Part shown: positions 50,161-62,390 of the stretch, piece after piece
Numbering within the stretch: position 1 is the stretch's first letter
How the letters are laid out: the number at the start of each line of letters is the position of its first letter
Assembly (NCBI GenBank): GCA_028534125.1
Contig: CM052816.1
Coordinates: 92,506,001 to 92,570,000 of the forward strand
DNA from: Lama glama
Taxonomy: Eukaryota
Reading direction: 5' to 3'
DNA: 64,000 bases
Translations under genes and position numbers: made by a program
The notes under the pieces: generated by a model
What the model was told of the DNA's origin: nothing
What the model saw: only the letters and a program-made list of their open reading frames with translations
Database searches by the model: none

Positions 50161-50910
50161 CTATTGGCACAAAAAAGAAAAGGTTGTTTTTCATACCACT
50201 GGATAAGAGACCAGAGAAAGTGAATTCACTGCAATTTCAGCAAGGTCTTTCTGCCAAGTAAAGTGGACAGCAGAAACAAAACAAGTATAAATTATGAACG
50301 TGACCGCGTGCAACTTTAAAGTGACTTTTGTGCAAATAGAGTCCGTGTCATGCTGTTTCAGTTAATAAATCCCTGGAAGAACAGAGTTAGGGAATGTCAT
50401 TTTGGGGAGATGATGGCAGTGAAGAATACTAGGATATACTTTTAAGACCATGCTAAAGAATCATTTAAACAATGTTTTGTTTTGTTTTGGCTTTTGCCAG
50501 TGACAAGGTTGGACAGCACTGCTGGGAATATTTACCAAGACTGGTCCAATGGGAAGTTCTAAAGTCCTCAAAACATCTCATGTCAAGGTGCCTGAGCCCT
50601 TCCAGGGCCAAAGTCTCCACTGCATGTGCAGATGTTTAAAAGGCCTGGCCGGGGGAGAGCTGAATAGAGCACAACGCTCAAGTGTCCTGAAATCACAGAC
50701 CTAATCTACCCGAGTCCTCGAAGGCACTGGCTCAGGGGAGAGGCCCGAAGGCCACTTCTAGCAGCTGTTTAGTTTTGATTAGAAGCCACTGTTGTTCCTG
50801 GCGCCACACGTGGTACTAGCTGATCTTGGGTAAAACGCAGTGGAATGCGTGTTTCCTGGGTTTTACACACAAAACTCTCCATCCTCCACGAGCTGTGTAA
50901 ACAGACACAC

Positions 50911-51002
50911 CTTCCTCATCAGCCTGGCACGGGGCGTCTCTCCTTTCCATTCTCTTGCACAATAACTGAGTAAATCAACTTCCGCCTCCACGCTGAGGTT
51001 CC
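50911..51002 (-). CDS. OTULINL: OTULINL coding exon 4, 92 nt
   Basis: gttcAG acceptor, AAG|GTGTGT donor; encodes (R)NLSVEAEVDLLSYCAREWKGETPRARLMRK. Confidence 0.95.
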
Positions 51003-51109
51003 CTGAACCAAATCAAAAATACAAGGTGGTGAACTTTCCCCTTTCCTCTCCCTTCCCAAACCCTCTCTGCACCTTAAAAATAAGGAAACGTAGGCATGAG
51101 AATATTTAC

Positions 51110-51141
51110 TTTTGAATTTTCTCTGCAGATATCCAATCCAC
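51110..51141 (-). CDS. OTULINL: OTULINL coding exon 3, 32 nt
   Basis: tctttcAG acceptor, A|GTAAAT donor; encodes (W)WIGYLQRKFK(R); phases consistent with neighbours. Confidence 0.94.
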
Positions 51142-51228
51142 CTGAAAGATAAAGGGAACGATAATGTCAAAATTCTGTTTTGAATAGCAAGGGTATTTGT
51201 GAAATTTAAAGAGGATACGAGCACGTAC

Positions 51229-51388
51229 CATTTCAGCCGGCGCCCTAAATATAAATGCAGCCTTCTGAAGTAGCAGAGGGCGGCCGCCAGCAGGGAGACG
51301 GCCAGCGTCACGGAGCCCTTTGCTACCCTCCACGCGGCATCTAAGGCTTGGCTGGTGACTAGTGTCCAGGAGTGAACTTGGTCATTTC
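51229..51388 (-). CDS. OTULINL: OTULINL (FAM105A) coding exon 2, 160 nt, includes the hydrophobic membrane-targeting segment
   Basis: ttttgtAG acceptor (51390-51389), TG|GTACGT donor. Encodes (G)NDQVHSWTLVTSQALDAAWRVAKGSVTLAVSLLAAALCYFRRLHLYLGRRLK(W), matching recalled human FAM105A exon 2. Confidence 0.94.
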
Positions 51389-52759
51389 CTACAAAAATTT
51401 AATAATAATAATAATAATGAAAAGCACATAACAATTACACAAGTCTGCTTTGTTTATAGGGAAAAACAAGACACATTGGATAATTTTTACCTGCAAAATA
51501 TCTATCATTGACTTATATAATCATTATATTATCATAATATTAATATATAGTATCAATAGTATTTTAAAGCATTCAAAAATTCAGTCTAAAAATTAAGGAA
51601 ATGCCTACTTGTCTTATAATCAGTGTCATATATAAGGGTATCTTTATTCCTCAAAACTCAAGAGGAATAGGGGACATAAAGAGCATGGGTTTCAGCATCC
51701 CTCAGACCCAAATTTAAAACCCATTTTTCCTTATGCAGAAGTGACTGTGGGACACCTAACTTCTTTTACCCTGAACTGTCTTGATTAATATGAGAGTAAA
51801 AATACTGATCTCACTAGGGGAAGACAGAATGAAATTATTTAAGAACCAGCCCCATACACCTTGCATTGTGTAGAAAATCTGTTAAATCCAGGCATGATCA
51901 AGGATTCTGCCTGGCACCCAGCCTGCAAGAGTCCACCACACCAGGGGGCCTCCACTCGGCCGCCACCCACTTCTGCCCACATTGCTATTCTTCTGTCATT
52001 ATGGGCCATGACATGTGGTGTCACCTTAACACAGAGGACGAGACTCAGACAGCAGGCACAGAGACAGCGATCCCAAAAAGTGGGCCACGTAGCAGAGTCG
52101 TGGGCAGAGCTAGGTGTGCTCCTTACAGGCACACTGTGACTCCCGATGTGACAACAGAGAAAGTGCAGGAGGGACAGGGCAAACTGCACACTTGCAATAT
52201 TTTACTATGTGCGGAAGGGTCCGAATGATACTACGTTTAGCATGTAAAAGCGCTGATGTACAAATGAGGAAGAGAACTCCTGAACAGTGGCCAAACCTCC
52301 TAGGGTTCATTGCGAAACAGTTCCCTCCCCTCCGCGGCCCACGGTTTAGTAAAATTCCAGTAATTAACTGCAGTGAAAGCCTCACGGATTTGGAAGCTAC
52401 CATTTGAGCATTTTTGATCGGATGGATATTTGACATGCATATCTCAATAAAGTTGATATACATTCTCAAGAAAGAAACAGATATACTCTCCATTGAGAAA
52501 GAACTTACCAGCAAATAAAGTTACCAGCAAATAAAAATATACATATTTACAGTTACTTAAAAGGACATTTTCAAAAGCAGGCGCTTACCTGTTTAGGACA
52601 AATGATTAGCAATTACACATTTACTCCTACCTAGGTATTTAGGAGACATTTGTAAATGAACTGTTGAAAAATGTAAGCTATCATGCCTTTACACTTCTAA
52701 TTTAGACTTTTATTAATTGAGACTGATTTCCTAACTTTGAAAACCCTGAATTTTCAAAG

Positions 52760-53270
52760 CTAGGAAATGGACTATATTACACAGCATTTTACAGTTTGTG
52801 TTTTCTCTTCACACAAATTGGACACCTTTCCATGTCATTACATTAGATCTACATTATTCTTTTTAACAGATGTATAATATTTCAGTATAAAAATAGATCA
52901 TCACATAGGACATAAAGCATTTGGGTCGTTTCCCGTTTTTCACTCTTACAAACATTGCTGAGACCGACATTCTCCTCCAACAGTCCTTGTGGACTCACGG
53001 TAGCTTTCACACTTAGCATGATTTCTAGAAGAGGAAACTCTGGGTCAAAGCATGTGCACATTTCCAGTTGTGACAGATATTGCCAAAGTGCCTTCCAAAA
53101 GCAAGCTGTCAGTCAACATTCCTGCCACGTGCGCTGGAGCCTCTGTTTTCCGAAACCCCAGTCCAGGTCGTGGCTTCTCGCTGTGGTAACACGTCCACAT
53201 CTCTTCTTCTGTGAAGAGCCTTTCAGAACATCTGCCTGCTTCCCGCTGCGCTGCCCTCATTTTTGTGCAG
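52760..53270 (-). mobile_element. L1ME-type remnant
   Basis: tttttaacagatgtataatatttc...catttgggtcgtttcc...ctagaagaggaaactctgggtcaaag...gatattgccaaagtgccttcca. Confidence 0.65.
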
Positions 53271-55829
53271 ATTTGGAGGGCTTGCCGTGACAGGGACAGG
53301 CGGCTGCCCTTCTGGGGGGCCCTGCTCTCACTTGTCACAGACTCCAACCAACATGCTGCTTTCTTAAAAGATACTGCCCAGCCCCTTGGGCATTTGATTT
53401 GAGATCCCTGAAATGGGGCCTTCTTCTGAGCATGAGGCCTCTTGGCAGCTGACTGGGGCTTCCACGGGGACCCACTGCAGATTTTGGTCTCCTAACTCCT
53501 ACACATGCACACACACACGCACACACTTCCCTAGCCTATTGCCCTTGAAGTTAAACCCCGCCTCCAACCCAAGGAAGGGAGATAGAATCACTTATCAGAA
53601 AATGACATGTGAGGGCTCACCACCCCCTCCCCACGCAGACCTAGACTAACTCCCTCCACTCAACACTCCCACGGGTATCGGTCAAGTATCTCAAGCCGAG
53701 ACGGGCCAGGGAGCATGTGGCCGGGGCAGGGGTGGGTACCGGGGAGCCTCCTGGAGGCAGGACTCAGGAAGCCACACGAGAGCGGGCTCACAGACAAGCC
53801 CGTGGTGCTCGTGTAATCTAGCATGAACACATGGCCAGGAGTGGGGCTTCTAAGTCACAGGAGAGGAAGCACAATGTTTCAGTAGGAAAAAGCATGACCT
53901 CACTGATCATTAAAGGAGCTACGATTTGAGCTTTTGCTCTGTGCCAGACCCTGTGCTAAGTGTTTTATGGGAATTGTCTGCTGGGCTCCTGCAAACGCTG
54001 TTGTGGTGTGAGGAGGCCTGGGCGCGTCCGCCCCTGCGTGTGTACTGTATACACGGGGTGGGCGACCCCACCACCCCAGGCTTCTGTTCCTTAACCGCAG
54101 AGGGAAGTGTGCGGCCCAGCACTGGGTAAACGGGGAGGACTCCTCTCACTGTGGTTCCCCTAGTGACACGGAGTCACTGCAGCATCTGCCTCTGCTGTGA
54201 CAGTTGCAGGAAACGCTGGGGAAGTGGGAGCTCGCCATCGGGCCCACGGCAAGTGCCCAGCCCAGGTCCACCATTATCTCATCACCCTTACTGCGCAGCC
54301 CAGAACAGCGCGAGGGAGAGCAAGATTAAATAAACCTCAGAGCCAGTGCTCAGGCACGGGCACGTGACACGGGAGCCACGTCGCCTCACTCGCCTGTCCT
54401 GCCTTGGAGTGGCGTGAATCGCACATCAGCTCTGCTGCAGCAAGTGAAATTCAGACTTTAAAAAGGGAATTGTGAAAAGGTCTCCTGGGTGTGTCAATAA
54501 CTGGATTACAACTCAGAACAACAGACACAGAGGAGAGCACCAAAGTGAGGCGCCGAGCAAGACTCTCGTGGCTGCAGTTCTGATGATCTCCTGAGTCAAA
54601 TCTCATTTCCCCAGAAGCAGCTGGGAGGGAATAAAATCTTCCATGTCAGCGTCTTCACGGGTCCCATCCTCAGCCAGCCTTCCAAGGAGTGGCCACCACT
54701 GCCCACCCGACTTTGCTCTGCCCACCAGGGAGCGGGCCTGGGAGTGCCCACTGGGCTAACAGGACAGGAGGGGAGACTCCACCAGCAGGGATTCGGTCCC
54801 TGGAGAGTAAACAGGAGCGAGAACAAGAGCAAGAGAGTGGGGGGGGGGGCAATGAAGAGGCAGAAAACAAGCATTGCCAGGAATTACAGGTTTGATCCTC
54901 TTTCATGCTTGTCAAAACACAAAAATGAAATTTCTTTTTAATAGTTTGGGACTGGCCCACTTGACTGGTGGGTGCAATGAGGCACTAGATGGGCCCAGGG
55001 CATTTCTGTGGCACTGGGAAGTGGATTAACTGGGTCTCCTGCACCCTCCGGTCATCGGCAGTGAAGCCTGCCAAGGCCCCAACCTGTACAATCAGACGTA
55101 ACACTTGAGGAGCTCACATGTCCCTGAAGCTGGCAGCGCAGCGACCTGACCCTGGAATCACCTATGTGACCACCTGGACTGTACACGGCAGGTGGGACCA
55201 CTGACTACAACTGGGAAAAAAAAAGCCACTGTGTTTTTGTGGTAAAACTCTACTTAGAATTTTTTCCGTTCTCTAAAATTTACCAAAACTGAAATAATTC
55301 AAACATTAAAACAGGAAACCAAAAAGAAAAAAAAAAAACCTGAAAACAAAACTTAAAAGAAGCTGAAGAGCCGGAAACCGAGTGATGAAGCCGACAGCAC
55401 TTCTCCCCGGTGCCTCGTGGAGGCGAGTGGCCTCTGAGATGGGAACACGGTGATGCTCTGAGTCCAGAGAGCCCGCCCTCCCCACCTGCCCATCCCACCA
55501 GCAGCCGGCCACAGGGGCTTGGTCCACTTCCTCCCAGTTTACTCCCAGCGCCACTCCAGCACGTGGCCCTTCCTCTCTACCCACGTCTGGACTGCCCTGG
55601 GGTTCTGTGCTGCCCCCGCCACCTGTGTGCGGCCCACAGACTTTCTCCCAAAGCAGAGGGGGTAGATCAAGATCCACTGAGTAGGCCTCGGAAGGGGAAG
55701 CTAGGCCTGAGCTAAAGACGGAAAAGGCCATTTAATCTTGATTAGTCTGAGCTAGCAGAGGGGGGAAGACACATCACACGGTAAAATCACCCTCTTAAAA
55801 ACTTCAAGATGAGAGCTTCACGGCGGAGG

Positions 55830-55960
55830 CGTGGGGAGGGTGGCCTGCCCAGAGGGCATGGCAGCTCTGCGCACCGTCCTACACACCTCACCCCATACAC
55901 CTCTTCCATCTGGCTGTTCCTGACTTATATCTCTTTATAATAAACTGGTAATCTAGTGAA
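55830..55960 (+). mobile_element. MER21-like ERVL LTR fragment
   Basis: gggagggtggcctgcccagagggcatggcagctctgcgc...cctcttccatctggctgttcctg...tttataataaactggtaat. Confidence 0.65.
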
Positions 55961-58900
55961 AACAAAATAAAAATCAAAAACACTTTAAAGTAAAAAATAC
56001 TACATTGAATTTAATAAACACAACAGATATTTCTCTTGGCTGCAATGCCATATTCTGGCTAACTAGCAAGAAATGAGAGAGTAGGGGGTTAAGAGAGAGA
56101 CGGAGGGGTTAGGATGCAAACAGGATAAGGGGGTGGGAGAGGCAGCCAGCCCGGAATGGCCGAGCACACCTCTGTGGCAGGCCGGGGCACTGCTGAGAGA
56201 TGTCAACTGAGACCACCAGGTACAGTGGACCAGGAGGCCCAGGAAGCCCCTCCTCCCTCCTGCCCCTTGCCCTCTGGTTCCACTACCTCTTCCCACCCTG
56301 GACTGGGCGCCACGCCGGGTTGGCAGGCAGTGAAGTGAGAAGACACAGGCCTTGGCTCCAGGGAGCTCACGGTCTGGTGGCACGATGCCCTCTGGTCAGG
56401 AAGGGCTACCGGGCAGCGTGTCCGGGCCCACAGGTTAACACAGCCTTGGGACAGGGTCTGGCCAGGACACAGAATAACACCAGGCCAGGCCCCGTGCGCT
56501 GGATGCTCAGGTGGGCCATCTCTCCTGGAGGTGAGTTCTGAGAAACTCGGGCTCAAGGATAAAGCAAACTATGCTGCATTGGTCCAAGCACTTCAGCTAA
56601 GCAATATGCACACAGAATGATGAACACAGAGAACAGATCCTGCGAGGCCGTCAAGGCTTCTGAATAATTTAGAGCACAGGGAGACTGCGAGACATTCTGA
56701 AAGTCAGCACAGCACAATGAAAAGACTCTTGCAAAACCATAGGTGAGGTGGTTGCTTTTGTATCCACTATGGGGGAAATATTCGGAACACATATCCTTTT
56801 AACCAGTCTTTGAAATAGTGAGGTCAAAAGACTTTCTACGCTTCTGTATTTCAGGTATTAATCCTGCTCAGCACAGGAACAACGGTCTCCCACTTAACAA
56901 TGTGCTGCAACCCACAACTACAAGATCAGTATCACTGAGGAAGAGAACCACCAGCGGGAAAGCTTTTTATCTTGAGAGTCATGACCAGCGAGACACCCAA
57001 TGGTAGCCCCGTCATGCAACCAACTGAACAGTGCTCCTCGCACAATCCCACAGGCCTGGGCACGCGTCCCCCAAGGCTGTCGCCAGCCAAGAGTCAGCAA
57101 AAGCATCAGGGAACTGCTCCTTGCCAAATGCTGGCAGGACTATGTGCGTGTTTTTCATAAGATCATGGCTCGGTGTTTTTTCATGTACTGGGCACATCTT
57201 GAGGCATGTTCAATGCAACCCACCACTTTAATTTTCGAACTGTGTGGAGCAGGTTTAAAACCAACCCAGCTACAAACACACAAAAGCTGTAGGTGGAATG
57301 AGTGTTCATTGGAGAGCAAGCTATAATTCCTTCTCCGGGGAGTCCCAAAACTCCAGGTCACTTTATCCAGCCTGGCAGGCGCCCTGGCCCTGGCCTGGTG
57401 GGGACAGCAGACTGGCGGAACAAGCCCAGGACTCTATTTTCCAGCTGCAGGACCGCAGACAAATCACTTGGCCTCAGTGATCCCCAAAGTCTTCCCAACG
57501 GCGCAGACCCACAGTGGTGACAGAGGGCTGGACTGCTGAAAAGCAAACACTATGAGCCCTGAGCGTGCTCGTGATCACACAGGCACTACACACCGGCCAG
57601 CTCTCGGCGGGGTCCCAGCGCCATCTGCCTCCATCACGTCATGACCTGTGTCTCCACATGTCTCAGGGTGGGCCTCGCCCTCGGGAGGGAGTCCCTTTCC
57701 TTTTCATTATGTCTCCCTCTCTGTCGGTCAAATCTATCATTATTCTCTGACTACAGGTGAAGCTGTTCCAGTGGGCCAGGCACTGGGCCAAGAGCTGGTG
57801 CCACAGCGGTGGCCGCACTGTTTCACACACGGAGGGACTGTCCTAGTGTATCTGGAGCATGACAAGGCAGCGCTCCCGAGGACAAGCGGTAACGTGGGGA
57901 CCTGACCTGGACCGGAGTCCGGGGAGGCTTCCCCAAGGATGTGAGGCAGGGCGGAGACCCAGAGCACAGACGGGAAAAGGAAGGGGCCTGCAAGGCTCAG
58001 GGCAGCAGGGCCTCTAGATCCCCTTAGAGATGCTGATGTCAGACTGAGGAACAAGGTAAGGCCTCGCCAGGTTTTAAGCAAAAGGCTAGTGTGACCAGAT
58101 CTGTCACCACAACTTTTTTTTTTTAATTCCCCTTTTATTTCAGACTTATAAGTCGGGGCACCAGGACCAATGATCACCAGCTGCCCAGGTACCAAAAAAC
58201 TACGCTTCTGAAGTCTCTTGCTGTGGATTCCACAGGAAGAGCACGCAGGTGCTTCATATGTCGCCATAACTTGAATTGTTACTACCTGGGGTCACGAGGA
58301 ACACCTCCGATTCCTCTTCCATGCAATAACCTTTTAGATCTTTCACAGAATCACAGGATGCTTTGGGCCGAAGGGGCTGGAATCCTGCTTGTTCTCCAAG
58401 GCCTGATTCACACCAGCCCCTCAGCAGAACAAATCTGTCCCTAGATTCACCCTCTGCACACCATCTGCACTGCAGGTCGTTTCCAGTTCGGGGTATTCAC
58501 AACTGTGTCCCCTACTGGCCAGAAGCCCCTCTGAGATGAAAGCTGAACCTCAGTTCACTGTGGACCTGGCCACCTGATGGGCTGTCACATGCACACTGCA
58601 TCTTTAAAGCCCAGGGAAAGCAAGCAGAAGCCTGAACTTGAACCCACATGTTCTAACTCAAGGTCAGTGCCCTTTGAATTAACTACACAACTGCCTTCCC
58701 TGAGTAACTGTTCCAAGAATTCAAAACAATTAATAAGCACAAACTCAGAAGGCAGCTGTCACTTCCACTGTGACTTTCTCTTCTAGATCAAACACGCCCC
58801 GTCCCTTCCACCAGTCCTCACATGACATGGTTTGGTCAGGGGGTCCCTTCATCAGCTCTGTCACTTCCTGGGACCCGCTCCACACAGAAGGGAGAACGCA

Positions 58901-58999
58901 GGTCAGAACACGATGTCCTGAGTGTGACCCGACCCGGAGAGAATTCAGCGACATGACCACTTCTTCATTCTCCTTTGGGAGTCAGCAAGTTCTCTGCTC

Positions 59000-59301
59000 A
59001 GGGTCAGGAAGTATGTACTTCAGGCATCTCCAGCCATCTGGTCTCTGTCCCAGCTACTCACATCTGCCCCGACAGAGTGGCAGCAGCCATCAGACAATAC
59101 ACAGCAGGGCAGTGTTCCAAGAAAACATTTTTATGGACACTGAAATTTGAATTTCATGTAAGTTTTACATGTCAGCAAATAGTGGGCGTCTTCTGATTTT
59201 TTTCCAACCATTAAAAAATGTAAAAAGCATTCATAGGTCGTAGGCCGTATAAAAACTGAGCTGGACGGATTCGGCCCACGCGCCGAGTTGGACAAACCTT
59301 G
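59000..59301. mobile_element. MER58B-like hAT-Charlie MITE
   Basis: ttatggacactgaaatttgaatttcatgtaagttttacatgtca...ccaaccattaaaaaatgtaaaaagcattc...ggattcggcccacg...gttggacaaaccttg. Confidence 0.75.
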
Positions 59302-60624
59302 TTCTAGAGGATGCATTCAAATTGATGCTGCCTGTGATTGTATTTGTATTGATTGGCTGAGAAATAAAAAGGCCATCAGCTCACGTGCAGCCTGCCGTCA
59401 GCCTAAAGCCCTCTAGGCCAGTTGCTGGGGTGCGTCTCCCCATTTGCTGAATTGGAGGGGGCAGGCACTTTCATCCCGCTCAAACCTCCAGATGGAAGAC
59501 CCTTCCTGGAGACCTGGCACTGGCCTCCACCCACCTCTCTCCCTCCTTACTCCTGCCAGAGGGAAGGAGCCTTATCTGATGGCAGGTGTCAGAGCATCTG
59601 CTCAGCTCAGCCCTCTCCGCTCCTCCCCGCTCTGCCTGCCCGCTGGGAGGTGCCCTGGGGCGGCTGTCTCTGTGGGAGAGAGGCCTGACCTTCCAGGGGT
59701 GAGTGCGGCGCAGGCACCACTAACAAGCCCATCTGGCCACACAACTAAGACATGATGGGTTTTATTACCGAGCTGACATTTAAAAAGTCCCTGACTCCTG
59801 TGTCCACCTTTCAGTCATTTCAGAACCTGGGAAGGGAAGCAAGGGGTTACCCAGCTCACGTGCACAAGTTCTGCGCTGACACACATCCCTGCTAAATGTC
59901 ACGTTACCGGACTCGCCTTACTGCCGCGAGCTGCCATGGCTTTCGTGATGCACTGTCCGGCTCTTAACTCTTAGACCTTTAAAGATCAAGCTTGTTTTCC
60001 ACATCCCAACACAAATCATTTGTGAACGTGTGACCCAGAGAGAACTAAAGGGAACTCTGAGGCAAGCCACGCTTCACTTTCGGCCCGCAGTGATGTTTCC
60101 ATAATGAGTCTTTTGGCCTCTGTCGCTAATGGTTACTAATCCTTCTAATTGGCTTCCCTCCTCCAAAGCCGTTTTCCACTCTGAAGGCGGCGGTGTGTGT
60201 TTGCTGTTTTGTTTTGTTTTGCTTTTTACATTCAATGGATGTGTCATCTTTTATTTAAAAATCTTTCTGGCTTTTCTTACTTGTAGGAGAGACCCGCATC
60301 CCGGCGGCCAGGGACATGGGCTGGAAGGGCCCCTAAACCAGTGTAAGAGGCACAGATGCACCACCTATTGCGCCGTCCCAGCCAGAGGCCTCGGAGAGCT
60401 GGTTCTCCCGGAACCAGGAACCGGCCTCACCTTGTAAGCCCAGCCACCGCGGGAACCAGCTGAGGAGTCGGGATGGGCCCCCTGCGGAGGGCAGCCCAGG
60501 GCAGGCCTCCCGCCCTCCTCCGCCAGCCTCATCCTCTCCCTCCTCTCACGGACCCATCTACCTTCTCCTGGTGCTTTAGATCCACTCTCCTAAAAAGAAA
60601 CCAGTGGCTTCAAAACAAACTCGT

Positions 60625-60920
60625 CAAACATTACAGAGCATTGTGCTCGATGTCTGTGGACTGGCAACATCACTGCCACCTGCGCACTCAGAGATACAGA
60701 TCCTCGGGCCCCACGGAAGCAGAATCCCGGATCTACAAGTGCCCCAGCGATTCACGCACACACCCAGGTCTGAGAGGCGCTGCTCCGGAGGAGAGGAGCA
60801 CACTTGGCCTGGCTCCTCCTGTGGATTTTCTGATCTATTGGCTTGCAGCCCAGACCCCCGTCTTTTTTCTAAGCTCCCAGGTGATGCCAGTGTATCCCTG
60901 GTGCTGAGAATCACTGCTCT
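60625..60920. mobile_element. MER5-like hAT-Charlie MITE fragments
   Basis: gatacagatcctcgggcccca...ccccagcgattc...tctgagaggcgctg and aagctcccaggtgatgc...tgagaatcactg. Confidence 0.6.
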
Positions 60921-61224
60921 GAAGTCAGGGCTTCCTCCAGCCGTGGTTGTTGGTTACATTACACTCAGATACATTATCACACGCCAATTAATTTCCATGA
61001 TTACCGTTAGGAGAAATCACGCCAGATAAGGAAGCGTCTCACTGGTCATGTAACCCAGCTACAAGGAAGTGCTCCCTGTGTTCTGAACTCTTTCCCTCTG
61101 GCCAGGGTGAGGGATGACTTTTTCTGGTCAATTGCTGTTTTTCTACAGCTGGGAGCTATGCCTACCTAACAAGGAACTTTGCTGAAATTAATAATAAAGG
61201 AAACCAACTATTAATGTGACCTCC

Positions 61225-61310
61225 AAGGACTCTCCCAGTTTTAGCACTGAAAGTCCCTCATCCAAGGACATCCTGGGTCCCATGCAAACCGGGATGGGTG
61301 GTTGCCCTAC
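61225..61310. mobile_element. MER94-like hAT-Blackjack MITE
   Basis: ggactctcccagttttagcactgaaagtccc...gtcccatgcaaaccgggatgggtggttgcccta. Confidence 0.65.
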
Positions 61311-61364
61311 CTCCAGGGCCCCCCCACAGCCTGACCCTGATTCTTCCCTGTCTCTTACCTCTTC

Positions 61365-61893
61365 CTCTCACTCCAAGGAGACGGGCCACCTTCAGTTCCT
61401 CCAGCAGGGCTCACTCCTGCCTCTCGCTGGCCTCTGCCCCTGCTTTTCCCTTGTCTGGAATACTCCTCACTCTACTGATTCTCAAGCTCTCAGCTCAAAT
61501 GTCACTTCCTGCGGCAAAGCTTCCCCAACCCAATCCTAGCCCCCAGGCTTGATCGAATCCCCGTTATGCTCCCTCACAGCACAGGGTGTCCTTTTCCTTC
61601 ACAGCACTTATCACAGTTTATTCAACGGTGTTTGTGTTTGATTAGTGTCTGTTTCCCTGAGTAGGTAAATGTCTTAAGGACTGAAATTGTGTCTATTTTT
61701 TCTCTGCTTTTTGGTGCCGAGGCACATAGTAGACAGGTAATACATTTTTTTAAATTTATTTTATTTTACTTTTTTGGGGAAGGGAGGTAACTAGGTTTAT
61801 TTTTATTTATTTTTAGAGGAGGTACTGGGGATCGAACCCAGGACCTCCTGCATGCTAAGCATGTGAAATATTTGTTGAATAAATAAAATGAAT
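61365..61893 (+). mobile_element. L2 LINE 3' end, interrupted by a SINE
   Basis: tctcagctcaaatgtcacttcct...agcacttatcaca...ggcacatagtag...aaatatttgttgaataaataaaatgaat. Confidence 0.8.
61745..61865 (-). mobile_element. Camelid Vic-1-like SINE, 5'-truncated
   Basis: Minus strand CACATGCTTAGCATGCAGGAGGTCCTGGGTTCGATCCCCAGTACCTCC...AACCTAGTTACC...A tail; lacks about 25 nt of the 5' end including the A box. Confidence 0.88.
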
Positions 61894-61924
61894 CGGTGTA
61901 GTCAGGACTCAGTCCATGTGTCTC

Positions 61925-62390
61925 CACAGCAGAGACTGCCCACTTCCCCCAGTATCTGTTCTGTCTTCTTCCACAGAAACAGAATCCTGACTTTCAGCTG
62001 GATACATCATTACTCGGAATAAAAGCCACTTTCCACCCTCCCTACTTGCTGGCCACAGCCATGTGAGTGACTTCTCCGTAAGAAGTGTTATGTGTAGTTT
62101 TCAAAAGGCTTTGTTGAGAGGGGTGTGGACTCCTTGCCCTTCCTCCTCCTTACCAGCTGGAATGTAAGTGTGATGACAGATGTTCAGCAGCCATCTTGGA
62201 TCAGGAAGTAGCTGTGGGCGTGAAAACCATGCACAGTGGAAACCAAGAGGAAGGAGTCTGGATCTCTGATACTCTGGAGCCCATTGCAGTCCTGGAGAGC
62301 CACCTCTGAGCTTTGCCATGAGAGGAGTAAACTCGATTCACTTATCTGGAGTTGTTCTTTTATTCCACCATACCTAATCTTACCTAAGAG
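61925..62390 (+). mobile_element. MLT1J-like MaLR solo LTR
   Basis: cagaatcctgactttcagctgg...ggccacagccatgtgagt...gctggaatgtaagtgtgatg...cagcagccatcttgga...gaaggagtctggatctctgat. Confidence 0.7.
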
